A stretch of DNA of 63,999 bases, the filler included, from Jimgerdemannia flammicorona (taxonomy: Eukaryota): NCBI GenBank assembly GCA_003990765.1. It is 3 parts of 3 records of this genome, joined end to end, with 100 filler letters (N's around TTAATTAATTAA, not from the genome) between each part and the next. Parts side by side here need not be neighbours in the genome. Positions count along the whole stretch, not along the records: positions 1 to 21,341 come from RBNJ01001476.1; positions 21,442 to 42,776 come from RBNJ01001477.1; 1 more part is not named here. One strand, given 5' to 3'. Both the position numbers and the translations under genes were made by a program. The notes beneath the pieces are model-generated. The model made no database searches. It was given only the letters and a program-made list of their open reading frames with translations, and was not told the DNA's origin. Of this stretch, positions 12,813 through 26,503 are shown piece by piece. Within the stretch, counting starts at the first letter, position 1; each line of letters begins with the position of its first letter.

Positions 12813-15800
12813 TTTGGGGGTTCAACTGGAAAGATTTCAAAATTGATGTAACTTTTCAGCTCACAAGAACCCACAGTCAAACTGGATACATTTGATACAA
12901 CACCAATCTCTGCCACCACAGAAGAACAAGTTATTACTAGTATCTGGATAGAAAGAGAAGTAATCACCTCAAGACTTGCCAACTACCCAGCATCAGAAGA
13001 ATCCCAACCAGAACCAGAAGCCAGTATAGCCCAAAATCTCCAACCAGATCAACCAGACAATACAGGTGACCCTGTTGGAGATTTGGAAGAACTTGTACAG
13101 AAACTAGAAGATCTTATTATACAAGTCCAAGATCTTACAGCCAGACACCCCCTACTAGCCCCACCAATCTCACTTATTGAACCCTTACTACCAGCCTTTG
13201 CAGAATTGGAAGTAGCTCCTACAAGAATACCTAGGCTCATTCCACACCATCTAAGATCCAGAACACCATCCTCTGGATACCCAAGCACCCTCATCTCCAG
13301 TGACAGCTCAGAAAGTGAATTAGAATCAGAATCTGGACCAGAACTAGAATCAGAAGAAAGTGGTGATGAAATGGCCACCTCATTGTCAACCTTTGCAGGA
13401 TATCCAGAGGAAGACCCCAGAGAATTCCTTGATAGAATAGAAGGAATCACAGCCTTGAGAAATCTCTCAGATGAAAGAAAAATCACCATTTACAAGACCC
13501 AGCTCAGAGAACCAGCTAGAGGAATTTTCCACTGAACAGAAAATGACCCAGATTCAGAACTGGTGAGACAGATACAAGCAGCAGCATCTTATGAGCTAGA
13601 ATATGTAGCTATGGTCCACTGGCTTATTGAAAAGTATACAGGAAATGAAACCCACCATAAGGCTCAAGAATCTATCATAGAGATGAAGATGAATCTTAGA
13701 GAATTATCCAGAGCCTTCATTACAAGAATCCAGAAGAGAATGCATGCAGCCTGGTTCAATGTCACCAACCAGGACATTTTAGATCCAATGACCTTCATGA
13801 ATGAGATTCCCCCAAACATTACCCAGTATGTCTGCATTCTAGGTATCAGAATATCTGAAGAGCAAGTAGATGTAGCCCAAGGATTCTTTAATGTCAGACA
13901 AGAAACTCCCTGGAGTGATCATGACAAGAAGGATGATAAGAAAGACATCTCGGTCAAAGCCCTACAAGGACTCCTCTAAGGACAAGGGATATCTGAAGAA
14001 AGAAGGCCAGCCAAGTAAGGAAAGAAAGACAGGAGTGAAATTCAAGATCTCAGCTCCAAATTGGACCAATTGGTTGGACAGATTGAAAAACTCACCAGAT
14101 ATGAAAATCAAAGTTACCAAGACAATAGAGGATATCCACCACAGAGGAGCCAAGGTTATCCACCAAGAGATAACAGAAACTACCAGCAAGAGAAAAGGAG
14201 GTACTCTGTCCAAGAGAGAGCCCAAGTCCAACACTTTCACTGTAGATAATTTGGACACTATGCCACCAAATGTGACAACATAAGAAGTGACCAAAGGGAC
14301 TCAGAACCACCAAACTGAAGGAATGACACTCAGTACAAGAAGACTGAAGCCCATCCTGTCAAAGATTTCGAGGAAACAAGTAACAGCAAAGACTACAGTG
14401 ACCTAGACTTGTACCCTACCAAGATTATCACCTGAAAAACAGTCTACTCAGCAGAGAAGAGGAAGAGACCTCTAGGAAGACCATCCAGGAATATCAGCAA
14501 AAGAATCATCTAAGAAGAAGATGAAGAGCATGAAGAGGATCAGATAGAAACACCCCCCTGAACTCTCTCACCTTTTGTCCCCAAGACAAATGAGCTGCCA
14601 CTAGAAGATGAAGAAATGGAACAAAAAGAATGGGAACCTGCTGCCCTAAAGCCCAAGAAGAAGTACACCCCAAAGACCATACCCAGAGACATCTACAATA
14701 AATCCTGGCAGAAGATTCAAGAAGCCAAGATGGAAGTCTCCCTTCTGCAGTTTCTGCAACTGACACTAGCTGGAGTCCAAAACAAATTACTGAGAACCAC
14801 CATGTCCAGCACTGGCCAAGTCCCCATCCCACAGCAGGAGTCAGCCCCCACACCTATCCAGGCGACAGAGAGATATGTCAGCACCTACTTACATAGAGAC
14901 AGTGGAGGAGAAAAGGCGAAAATCCTTATAAATACAGGAGCAGCTGTCTGTGTCATTGCTAAACGATTCCTAGACACCCTCCAATGGTCCATTGATAGAC
15001 CATCCAACCTCAGCATCATAGTAGCAGATGGAGCCCAAACTCAACCCCTTGGAGAAGTATGAAACATTACTATCTCTCTTGGACATTTTCAGTTCTCTAT
15101 CCCAAAAGCTGTTGTCACTGAAACTGTTACCTATAACATGATCCTTGGCACCAACTAGATGAAGGAAATGAATGCAGTTGTTGATATCAGTCAACAAGTA
15201 CTCAAGTTTGACTACTGAGGCAAGAAGTACAGAGTTAAGGTGACCAGCTATGAGCAATAAAAAAAGAAGAAGAAGGTTACTATTCAGAAAGAAAATGCCA
15301 GCAGTGAAGAATCTACTACAGAAGAGAAAGAAGAATCTGAAAATAGAAATGATCCCAGACTCAATCTCTGAATTAACCTGGTGGATGACAGACCAGAAGA
15401 CAATATATGGGCTAAGAACACTGTCCCCATTACCATTGGAGCCATTGCAGGAGAGATCAAAGGATGCCCCACTTGTCTCAAGAAATACAAGTGCCCTAAG
15501 CATCCTCCAAGATCATTGGGACAAGGAATTCGCCTGGCACAGCCTACTCAGAGTGCAGAAAAAAGAAGAAGAAATGCAGACACACTCCAGAAACACCTGC
15601 AGAGCTGCAGAAGTACAAGCAATTTGGGAACAAGAATCATCTGAGGAAAAGGAAGTTTCTGACCAAGAAGTTCCTGAACAAGAAGTGCCTGAAGAAGAAA
15701 AAGTCCCCAAACTCATTCTCGGGATGACCCTCACTGGACACCACCTGAAGATAATGACCCTTGGAATATGGAAGAAGGACCCAGTACAATCCCCATTATT

Positions 15801-15892
15801 TCCAAGAAAGAAACTCATCAAGAAAGAGCTTTTTAGCTAGGAAGATGTTCACACCAAATGGTCTTCTACTCTTCTCAAGACTACTGCTATCA
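11545..15892 (+). mobile_element. Ty3/Gypsy retrotransposon C (5' LTR, PBS, gag, protease; 3' part replaced by a LINE)
   Basis: LTR related to element B LTRs; gag fragments 13083..14290 with knuckle HFHCR*FGHYATKC; protease ILINTGAAVCVI (DTG->NTG) in ORF 14616..15062; abrupt change to G-rich LINE sequence at ~15893. Confidence 0.85.
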
Positions 15893-18800
15893 GTGCCATC
15901 TGGCAGGTGGGTATTCTAATTAGAAAGGTGATGGAGGACATTGGTGATATTGGTCATTGGGGGAGTAGGTTGGTGTGGAGAGTATGGAAGAGGCCTGGAT
16001 GGAGCCCCTTGACTGTTGGGTCATGTTATTGCTCAGTAGAGAGGGGGGAACAGGTAGATTGGATCAGAAATTTAAGAGAGGCTGGTATTATAGGTGAGGT
16101 AGAGATTGACTGCCTGGGTGGTGATTTCAACATAGTATGGGATAATGCAGTGGACAGAACAGATGGTGGGAGAGGATTGTTGAATTTATACTCACTGGGT
16201 GGCAGGGCTGGGCTCCAGGATCAACTGGATATTGATGGTGGAGTGCTGGGGAGTGGATGTCTGGGCTATACAGAAGGTGGTTTGGTGCCCATGGTCAGAT
16301 CACTGGGGTCTGATAGGGAGGGGGAGGTTTGGGGGAAGTGGGGATGGATCTGGCCATTGGTGACTAAATTCTTCTTTATTAGCGAATAGTTCTTGATGGG
16401 CAGACTGGGAGATGGAGGTTATTGGAAATATTGGTAGATGGCAGGAACATGGACTGGTGATTGGAGATCACTGACAGAGGCTGAAATCAAGTGCTCAGAA
16501 ATACTGGAGGGAGGCAGGGAAGGGAAGGAGTACTCAGTGGCAGCAGAGAGTGCAATGGGCTTTACAGTGATGGGCAGCACTCCTGGAGAGATGGGCAGGG
16601 GTGCTAGAGGATTGGGAGGTGGCTGACTAGTGTATTCTGCGAATTCAAAAGGAATTTGACGAGCTTAAGGAAGTTATATGAATGGAGGAAGAGGTTAAGC
16701 TAAAGAGGATAGTGGTAAGGCTGCAGTGGCAAGAGTTGGAGGAGGGAGAGAGACCCACTAGGTTTTTATCACAGTTGCTTCAAGTGTGGAGAACTAAGCA
16801 GCAGTGGGATAGTATCTTGGATGAGAATAGGAAGATGGTGTTGGGGACTCCTATGATTCTAGGATTGCTGAGAACTTACTGGGGGAACTTATGGAGTGAG
16901 GAAGAAGGGAGTGAGGATGCCCTGAATATTGAGCATCAATTGGAAGATTGGTATCTGGACTCTGCATTGGGCCTAGGGATGCTGGGGGTTCCAGTGAGGG
17001 GGGAGGAAGTATGTAAGGTCTTAGCTGCAACAAGTAAGGGAACTGCTCTGGGAGAGGATGGATTGCTCTGGGATTTTTGGGAGAAGATGGCTGGGGTGGC
17101 AGTGGCTCTGGAGAAAATGATAGTGATGTGTGATGAGGTGATTTAATCAAGAGCTTAGATTGGGGGCCAGCATCTAGGGCTGGTCTCCTTGCTCTATAAG
17201 GATAAGGGGAGAAGGGAAGATTGGAAGAACTGGTGACTGATCATGCTTCTTGACATGGACGGCAAGCTGGTGACAAAGATCTTGGTGACTAGGCTGCAGG
17301 GGATCGCTCAGCAGGTACTAGGAGTGGAACAGAGGAGATTTGTTGGTAGCCAGTTGATCTGAGATGGTACTGCCTGGATCCAAGGGGTGATTGAAGGGAC
17401 TAGGGCTACTAGGATGGATGGTCAGTTAGTGTTCCTGGATCAGGAGAAAGTGTATAACAGGGTGAGGAGAGTCTGGCTAAAGGGAGTGTTGAAATGAGTG
17501 GAGGTTCCCCCAGAATTCAGGAGGGCATTAATCAGTCTTTTGGAAGACAGTCAAGTAGTACTGATGGTGAATGGGCACAGGGGTATGACTTTTTCACTAG
17601 GATGTGGGGTACCACAAGGGGACCCTTTGTTATCCATCCTTTATGCCCTTTCCTTGAAGCCCCTGTTGGACAATATCTGGCATTGAATTGGGGGTTTGGA
17701 CATTCTGGAAGGTGAGGGCATTTGCTGATGACATAGTGGTTGGACTGAGTTCATTGGAGGATGTGGAGGAATTGAGAAGGACAGTAGAATGGTATGAGAG
17801 GGGCTCAGGTGCTAGGCTCAATTGGTACAAGTGTGAGACTCTGGTGTTAGGTAATGGCATAGTGGGCAGAGATGTGATTGGGATAGTGGTTCTGGCAAGA
17901 GAACTAGTCAGATACTTGAGGATATAATTTTCAGTATATGGTTCCCTTCTGCTCTGTAGATGATGGAAAAGACAGTTACTTATATGTAGGAATGTTCTTC
18001 TGTGGTGGGGTGGTTGGCATATATCTCTGGTAGGGAGAGTAATAGTGCTGAATGTGTATTGCCTACTGAAGTTATAGTATGTGGGGTACCATCTGGACTT
18101 TCTGGCATGGGTGGTCCGGCAACTTCTGAAGATGATGAGATCATAGATCTGGGCTGGGTGGTAAAGTCAGATAGGTTGGAGATTCTCACTCTGCCAGTTG
18201 AAAGAGGTGGGCTGGGTTTGGTGGACTTTACCAAGCATCTTCGTTGCCTGCAAGCATGGTGGCTGAAGAGAGCAAGTGAGTTGAGGGGCCTGGAGTGGGT
18301 TCCACTTATGCAGAGGTTGTGGGAAGTCCAGTATTCCCCTCATGGAGCATTGGGTGATCTGCTAGCAATGGTGGCCATGGATAGAAGTAAGAGGATGCAT
18401 TATAAGGGATTTTGGTGGAGAGTGGTGAATGGTATAAGGAGTATAGGGCTTCAGTGGCAGGGTGAGGAGGGGGAGGAGAACTGGGGACCACAGATGTGGC
18501 GATGGGACTAGCTATTGCTAAGTGGTACATTGGTGGAGAACTTTCAGCTTGGTGATGATATGGAATGTCTGCTGGGACTTAGGGGGGACTTGTGGCCTGA
18601 AGCATGACAATGGGTGAAGATTGGCAAGGTGTGGGACTGGAATGGTGTCTGGTCTTAGAGCAAGAGGATGATGAAGTGGCTTTCCCCCAAGTTCTGGATA
18701 GTCTGGTGGAGGTTCCTCAGGTGGAATGTGATGCTGAACAATTGGTCAGAGCACTTGGTTGCTGATGGCATGTTTGAATGTGAGGAATGTATGGATGTTG

Positions 18801-19336
18801 GTCAGGAGAGGAGAGTGGTACAAATGCCAAAACATTGGCTAGAGGAGTGTGAAGTCTTGAGAGAGTTTTGGCACAGTATTATGAGTAGGTTGGGTTTGTG
18901 GATACTGGTGGGGGGGGAGGGAGGTAGATGGGGAGACCTCCACCATTAGTTGGTGGGTGAGGTTGGAGATGAATGGTTGACTTTAGGGTAGACTCTAGTG
19001 ATTTGGGTAGGGATGGCCAGTCATTGGCTTCATGTCTTTGAGGAGGGCCAGCAGGTTGAGGTTGAGACTAGGGTGGTATGTTGAGAATGCCTGTTACTTA
19101 ATGTTTTGAATAGTTGGTGGAGAGGGTGGAGACTGGGTGGGTGGAGCTATTGGAAATTGGTGAATTGTATTTGTGGTAAGAGTGGAGGTAGGGTCAAGGT
19201 GCTGGGTGGCTGAGTTGTCCTTTGGCAGAGGGAGGGAGAGAGTGGGGAGAGGGATCCAAGGGGCATTTGCTGAAGAATTGTGGGTGCTTATGTATTATTA
19301 TGTATAGATAGAGTGGTAATAAATGGTAGTTCAAGT

Positions 19337-19371
<35 letters not shown>
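15893..19371 (+). mobile_element. 5'-truncated L1/Tx1-like LINE (APE fragment, RT, C-terminal Cys/His motif, poly(A))
   Basis: GGDFN (APE), GVPQGDPL, AFADD (RT), LPVERGGLGL, CEEC...HWLEEC; A28 tail at 19344-19371; multiple stops. Confidence 0.9.
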
Positions 19372-19375
<4 letters not shown>

Positions 19376-20855
19376 GAGAAAAGGACTTGCTGGAGGCATT
19401 GGAGGATGTGGTGAGTGTTGTTGAGAGGAGGAGATTAAACCGAAAGGAGTTTGAAGCCAAGATGATAGTGGAGATCATAAATAGCAATAAGGTGTGACTG
19501 GATCAGGCAGCCTAGGAGAGAGTATACAGGAGGTATATTCAGAAGGAGCTGTTGGCAAGGTTAGGTAGTAGGGCAGAGGTGGAGACTGCTACTGAAGACA
19601 TTGGGTTAAGGGTGAGTGTCTGGGCAGGGGAGAAGGTAGCAGCACCTAAGGTGAACCTGGGTAAAAGTGAAGGTGCAGGACAGAGTATTATCATAAAAGA
19701 TGAGAAGATGGGTGAGGAGGAGCACACTTGGTATGTGGTACCAGTGGGGGCTAGAGAAGATGATGAATTACAGAATATGCTAGAGAAGAAGTGAGATGAG
19801 TCAGCTAGAATGAATGCAGAGGGAGGGCAGGTGGAAGGGGGGAAAGAAGTGGCCCAGAGAGTGGAGGAGACTGTCAATGAGGAGAAATAGCTGTGAAAAA
19901 CACTGATGAATATAATAGCTGAGAAGCTGGGGGGGGAGGACTTTTGAGTACTGAGCAAGAGGTACTGGAGTGAAATCCTACAAGGTGAGAAGGTGCCACA
20001 GAAACTCAGGGATGAGATAATGGTGGCCTTTCTGGAGGCTGAGGTGAATCAAGTAGATGGTATCAGGGAGGCTGCACTTCTGGTGATTGTGAATGACAGA
20101 GCTATATACTTGTTGGACCTAAGGAAGGGGCTGACAAAATGGCAAGTAGTGTGCAAGGAGTACTGGACAGATATGGAAGTAATGGATGGTGCTGATTTTC
20201 AGGAGATATTGCAGACGTTGGAGGCTCAGCAGGGAGAGACAGAGGAATCTGGATGTTATAGGTGATATGGTGAGTATAGAATTGTAGAGTTTTCTATGAA
20301 AATACATTATTCAATATGAACAGTATAACTAGAATTTTCTCTTTGAATATCAATGGGCTGTAGGGAGCAGGGAGATATCAAAATATCTTTGACTGGCTGA
20401 AGGGGCTGAATGCAGATTTGTTTCTACTATAAGATATTGGGTGTGATAGTGACTTGGATAGTCTGGACTGGATGAAGAAATGGGATAGGGTGGCTATTTG
20501 GCAGGGGTAGGTGGGTATTCTGATTAGAAAGAGCAAGGGAGATGTTGGAGATATTGGATATTGGAGAAGCAGAATAGTGTGAGGAGTTTGGAGGAGACTG
20601 GGCTGGGGTCCTTTGACTGTTGGATCATGCTATTACCCAGCAGAAAGGGAGGAGAGAGTGGAATGGATTCAAGGGGTACAAGAATCTAGAGCATTGGTGG
20701 AGGTAGGGATTGACTGCCTAGGTGGGAACTTTAATATAATATAAGATGGGAAGGTGGACAGGACTGATGGGAGAAGAGAGATAGCTAGTAAGAGTGGTGG
20801 AATGGAAGCCTGAGAGGAAGTTGAAGGTCTGAGTTCATTAGTGGATGCTGGGTGC
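19372..20855 (+). mobile_element. LINE fragment (ORF1 3' half and ORF2 APE start)
   Basis: Similar to 57770-58230 and 59950-60900; ORF2 start MNSITRIFSLNINGL at 20316; GGNFN APE motif. Confidence 0.8.
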
Positions 20856-21341
20856 ATCTTTCTCTGGTAACATTCAGGTTACACAAGACTCGGACAACAC
20901 TTTCTACAACGTTTTTGGTGTCCAGCGACTAACAACATGGATGGCAACGATCGATCTGGTGAGCGTACTGGCCAGGGGGGCAGTGGCGCCTTTGGCTGGC
21001 AGCAGGTGGGGAGGAGGGGAGATGGTTTGGGGATGCCAGGGGCCTCGATGGCTAGCCGGGGCCCCAGCGGCGGAGGAAGGGGAGGTCTGAGGCAGAGAGG
21101 AGGGGAGAGGACGACCTTTGCTGACAAGGTCAGGATGGGGGCGATGGCTTCTGGGCTGGATAGTTGGCTGGGCTTGGGGAAGGCGTCGATGGCTGCTACC
21201 GGGGGTCAAGGAGGTGCACCCCAGGGTGCTTCTGGTGGTAGGGAAGGGGCTGGAGTAGGGGCTGGAGATGTGACGGCTGATGGGGCTGTGACTGGGGATC
21301 TGGCAAAAAATCCAGATGTGACGGCAGTTGGCAATTCGGGA
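20856..21341 (+). mobile_element. Young LINE 5' end (5' UTR and ORF1 start), CpGs intact, runs into gap
   Basis: Starts ATCTTTCTCTGGTAACATTCAG, as do copies at 57241 and 58243. Open ORF1 from 20937 with RTTFADKV, shared with decayed copies (RTSFTDKV, RASFADKV). Confidence 0.85.
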
Positions 21342-21441
21342 NNNNNNNNNNNNNNNNNNNNNNNNNNNNNNNNNNNNNNNNNNNNTTAATTAATTAANNN
21401 NNNNNNNNNNNNNNNNNNNNNNNNNNNNNNNNNNNNNNNNN
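21342..21441. other. Artificial assembly spacer (N44-TTAATTAATTAA-N44)
   Basis: Exactly 100 bp with an all-frame stop linker; identical to 42777-42876. Confidence 0.97.
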
Positions 21442-21553
21442 GTCTCTAGGGGAATTGGGTAGGGGCAGAGCACTGTGTATTATATAGAAGATAGACAGGT
21501 GTGTTGGTATTAATAAAGGATGGAGTCCAAGTGACTTATAAAAAAAAAAATAA

Positions 21554-21558
<5 letters not shown>
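21442..21558 (+). mobile_element. LINE 3' end with poly(A), followed by an (AT)n microsatellite
   Basis: TGTGTATTATATAGA...GTCCAAGTGACTTATA(n) matches LINE ends at 19290-19371 and 56660-56764; (AT)n continues to ~21596. Confidence 0.8.
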
Positions 21559-21599
<41 letters not shown>

Positions 21600-23123
21600 C
21601 TAAGATTGAGAAAGTAGTTTCTTTATAGTAAAATAAAGATACATATTACTCTTCTTCTATAACTATAGTTATAAGAAACTTATTCTTATTATATATAGAC
21701 TAAATCTCTTATAATTTAAATTTAAAAGAATTTTCTTTTTAGATTTATATATTAGTTCTCAGTTTGATAAAAGTTAGTTAGACTTCTAAAGTTTAGTTAG
21801 AAATACTTAAGTAACTTAAGTATCATTACTAAGAACTTAAAAAAAATATATAGAGAGAGAGAACTTCTTATATTTTATACTAAACTAAGAGCTGGTTTAT
21901 TTTGAATACAATTGCTGAGATATTTATACATATTGGTTAAGTAATAGTTTATAGATTTTAGTTATTTAGGAGTCTTGATATGTATATCATTTTTTATATC
22001 TTTTATTTATCTCATTCATAAGTCACTTATTTGTGACATTATCACCAGGTCATCATATAATTCTATTACATAAATAATAATAACTCTAAGAAACTAAAAA
22101 TAAAATAAAATAAAATAAATAAATAAAATAAATAAATAATTAATAAAATAATATAAAATAATATAAAATAAAGAACAAAATAACTATCTTAATAAAATAT
22201 TAGAGCTTAAGTTGAAAACCTTCTCTTATTATTAAAAGGCTATCTTAAAAACTTAAAACTAAAAGACTTGGCTATTAGAATAAATTAAATAATATATTGA
22301 GCCATACTTAGAATCAAAGATATAAATTATATACTATAATATATAAAATAGACATTTATTTCTCATTTATAATATGTATTATAAAATAAATATGATATAT
22401 ATCTTTATTGTAATAAACTATTAATATAATATCTTAATTTAATATATACAGATATATAAAACTTAAAAAAAGATATCATTGAAAGAATTAAAATAAAATT
22501 CAAAAAAGGAGATATAATTTATATACTTGTTATGGTTCCTTAATTTGGTAAATATTATTAAAACCTTAACAAGGCAATACTGTTATCTCCATGTATATAA
22601 TTATATAATGAATTCCGATATGTTGAATCTTACACTGATCATCACCCGAATACAGGCACACCGCTTCACACTAAGCCACCGGCACTTCCAAATCGACCGG
22701 AGGACCGGAACCGCTAGGTTTGTGTGCTTGCTCTATTACCCCGTATGTGCTTGGAAAAAAGATGAAAGAAGAGGAATGTGTTCATTTTCGGCATTCTTGA
22801 ATTATTAGAGATTACAACCTTTATGTGGTCATTGTCGTGTGACAACCAAGTCGGCCCCGCTCTGACATATGGTCCAAGTATGGAAATGACACGCGTTCTT
22901 AGAATTCCATCAATTCCATCGACGATCTATTAACGCCAACGGTTCCTTATGCGGAGGCGGAATACCGAATACACTGAGTCGGGGCGTGTCGGGTTCTGAT
23001 GAACCACATTATGGATCGACACTGCGCCATTAACTGCGGACACAGGCTTCAAGATTATAAAATAATTGCTTGGTAAAGCGCACTTATCGATACTTAGCCC
23101 CGCAACAAATATAAACATCAAAC

Positions 23124-25549
23124 ATGACCGCTGCGCAAACCGAGCCAGATTGGTCGTTTCGGCGGGTCCCGACGATCCAGCAAAAGGAGGTCATGCAGAA
23201 GCATAAGGCTAGGTTCCCCAACAACGAGGAGAAGCTACAGTGGTGGCTGCGGAGGCTCGATATCAACATTCTTTGTGACTATCTGGTTTACATACCATAT
23301 GACAGATTTGTGCTGGACGAAACACCGTTGGGGAAAGGTGGATTCGGAATCGTGCACAAAGCCGAGATCATGGAGATCGGCGAGAGTGGAGTGAACCGAA
23401 CAGTTGTGCTGAAACTTTTCAAGAACACGTCGGATAGTACGATTCGAAATGAGGTAGGATTTGATGTCTTCATACTCTTTTGTTTGGATTGATTTGGCTG
23501 AGACACTAATGCATTGTCTTCTCCATGTCACTTCAGCTTTGCATCAATGTCCACCTACAATACCATCACTACCACCACGACCAAACTCGGAAATCGCTTT
23601 GGGCGGGAGCCCTACGGGTCATCGGCATTACAGAGAACAATAAGGGCAAATTAGCCATCATCGTGCAACACGCTCCAGGCGGCAATCTAGAAGAGAACTT
23701 GCGCGACTTCCCGCCGCAATCATGGGGACGAGTTTGGCGCATCGCCGTGGGGATCACCCGCAGGCTGCAGGCCATGCACGAGGCGAACATGGTCCATTTC
23801 GACCTGCACCCAGGTAACATCGTGTTCCTCGACAACACCGTCGACGCAAACCTGTCCATCATCGATGTCGGTATCAGCAAGATGGTCGAGGACCTCCCGA
23901 ATGGATCCCGAGGAATCTACGGTCGGACGGCATATCTTCCCCCAGAAGTTTGGACAAACCAGGCAAACCAGAAGGTTTACACTAAGGCATTCGATATTCA
24001 TTGTCTTGGTACACTTTTATGGCAGCTCACTTCGCTTACTCCTCCGAGGGAATCCGCCGGAGCCCTACCGGCTGATGTTGATGTCTCCTCTGGTTTACGT
24101 GAGGTTCCAGTTCCGGGCACACCTGTCGTCTTTGAGACCATATACAGGAAGTGCTGGAATCCTGACCCGCACAAGCGACCAACCATAGAGGAGGTGCTAG
24201 AGGAACTCATGCGGGCGGAAAGCAAAATGTTCGAATCTGAATATACTCCGCCTCATCGCAGGAGAGATCTTGTCTCATCCCCTAGTCGATTCATCTTGCA
24301 AGACGAACTCGACAGAAAAGATGGATCTGGTAGAGATCTTGAATCGATACGAAATCCTTCAGGTGAGCCTCGAACTGCTCGGTCACTGCAAACATTGAAG
24401 TAATATATCTAACTGCTTTCTCAATTACCAGAACCACCTGAGGTTTTGAACGATTCGAGTTGGTACGGAGTGCGTGAGTATTCCATCGTCAAGCATTTTA
24501 ATACTTTGCGTTAAGGGTGAATCCACCCAGCTCATGGGCTTTAAGACCGGGAATCCATTTATTTTTGACCATTAACTCATCTGGTACCCTTTGAAACGTC
24601 ATTCAGAATTTATAAATGGTGCTGCGCGGCACACCCCATATTCCCAAATCATGGATGTACTCTTGGAAACCCTAGGCGAAGATACGAAAGTGAGGAGTTT
24701 GCTTGACAAGCCTAACATTCTGGTGGGTTTGTGCCGATATCAGTTTTCTTGAACTTGTGATCCAACCAGAAAGAAAGCTCACTACCTTTTCTTCATCAGT
24801 ATAGCTCCAGAGGCTTCGCAAAGGCATGGAAAGACGCCAGTGAAAATTTGTCGAGAGATGGATCCCAATTCATCAAAGCGCAAATAAGACTTGAGCGTTG
24901 TTTGGACGAAATCATCGACATCGAGAATCGCTTTACTTCCAAAAGTTCCTCCTGCCTCTTCACCGCAAAAGCCGTCTTCAGCGACGTGAAGAAGTACAGG
25001 GACAACAAGCTCAGGGACTTGACGATGCTTGCAAGGTTAACGAAGCTCGTGAATATGGTGCTTCGGATGGAGAAAGGACTTCGATTACGTGATTTGTATA
25101 AACTTCAGGAACAACTTCGGCCGCCATCTCGAGCCAATCCATTCCTCTTGTGCTGTTCCTTGACTCCCAAACCCCCTAAAATTGTCACGGCAGAGTGTGT
25201 TTACGCCGCTTATGTGGAGGTACTCGATCATGAAAACCAGAACGACAGCCGTCTTCGTGGCAGTTGGAATTTTGAAAATCCGCCCGAAGAACTGAAGGGC
25301 GAAACCGGGATGTGCAATTGGGCTCTCGGGAAAGACATACACAATTATGAAGAGCTCTTGGATGCCTGGCAGCAGGAAGTCGTCAACATCGCGAGGCAAG
25401 TCTGGGATAATCTTACACGCGACGACGGTGAGAGGAAAATTGTCACGGCAATTGAAAGCCTTATCAAGAATATCAGAGAGAAGGGCCCAGGGTTCTCAAA
25501 AGTCAGAGGAATAACCTATCCGGAGTCATTGAGGGAGGTTTCCGTTTGA
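23124..25549 (+). CDS. Tyrosine-kinase-like protein kinase with ~300-aa unknown C-terminal region, ~687 aa; exons 23124-23453, 23537-24362, 24432-24473, 24607-24722, 24800-25549
   Basis: GKGGFGIV, VVLK, alphaC Glu (RNE), HFDLHPGN, DVG, GRTAYLPPE, DIHCLG, CWNPDPHKRPT. Four GT-AG introns join in frame (2064 nt). Confidence 0.88.
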
Positions 25550-26386
25550 AATGAAAACCTACTCCCAAAGTCTTAGATATTGATAACAATCGCTTAATAT
25601 GTGCTTTTTCCCGAAACCCACAACTCATCGCCAAGCGGTCAGTTGGTAAGGTCTTGACTCAAGGTCGTTTTGCCTGAACAAACGACAGTCCAGCAGAAGC
25701 TCAAACATAATTAGCAAGCAGAATGGCAAAGTACAGCCACCAAGGCAAAGCCTAGTATATACTAAGTACAGATAGACAAAGTGGATCACAAGACCAGGAT
25801 TGTTCACGTGCATGAAATACGATGGATATGATTTAGTTTTATTTATTTATTTACTTATTTACTTATTCATTTGCGATACTTATTAGCTTCGCTGCCTTCG
25901 AGTAAGTTAGCTTGCACGTACATACACAAATGTTATAAATATCTACAAAGCTGCTCGACTTGTAATCGTCTAAAAGGCTTCGACGGCAACATTTGAGTTT
26001 GTGAAATTGGGTATTGCATGTTCGAGCTGGCATATCGTTCGTTGGTCCGAATCTTGATCGACTACCACTAGAGTTATCCGTGGGCACATCAAACGTTTTG
26101 TGTTATCAGGATTCCGACGTGAATTGGTTTGTGCGATATGGTCGACCTCTTGGATCAACGGTTCCGATCATTTTAAATGAAGTGGTGAACATGAGAGATC
26201 CTCGGAGCGCTCCCCCAAGAGAGCCCTCTACATTTGCCTGCAGGACGCCGATGTAATGATTTCACAATGGAGGGATAATTAAAATTAAATCACTAAATAA
26301 TCTGCGATAATCAGCGTTGATATCTCCTCCCCTGTTTCGCCTTTAATCCAAAGCACTCTCTTCCAGGGCCGGCATGCTGCGAGGAC

Positions 26387-26396
26387 AATATAAAAG
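26387..26396 (+). promoter_or_regulatory. Candidate TATA box of the secreted-protein gene
   Basis: TATAAAA ~110 bp upstream of ATG 26504, followed by a CA-rich leader. Confidence 0.5.
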
Positions 26397-26503
26397 AGCC
26401 TGCCGGCAATACCACCCAACCTCATCCATTCAGCACAAGAACCACTTTTCTCCCAAAGGCCCCACAACAAAACCGCATCACCACCCACAAAACAAATCAC
26501 GCA

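Noticed and set aside
21342..21441. TTAATTAATTAA palindrome within N runs (also 42777-42876)
   Set aside because: Identical 100-bp all-frame-stop assembly spacer, not biological. Adjacency across it is unproven.
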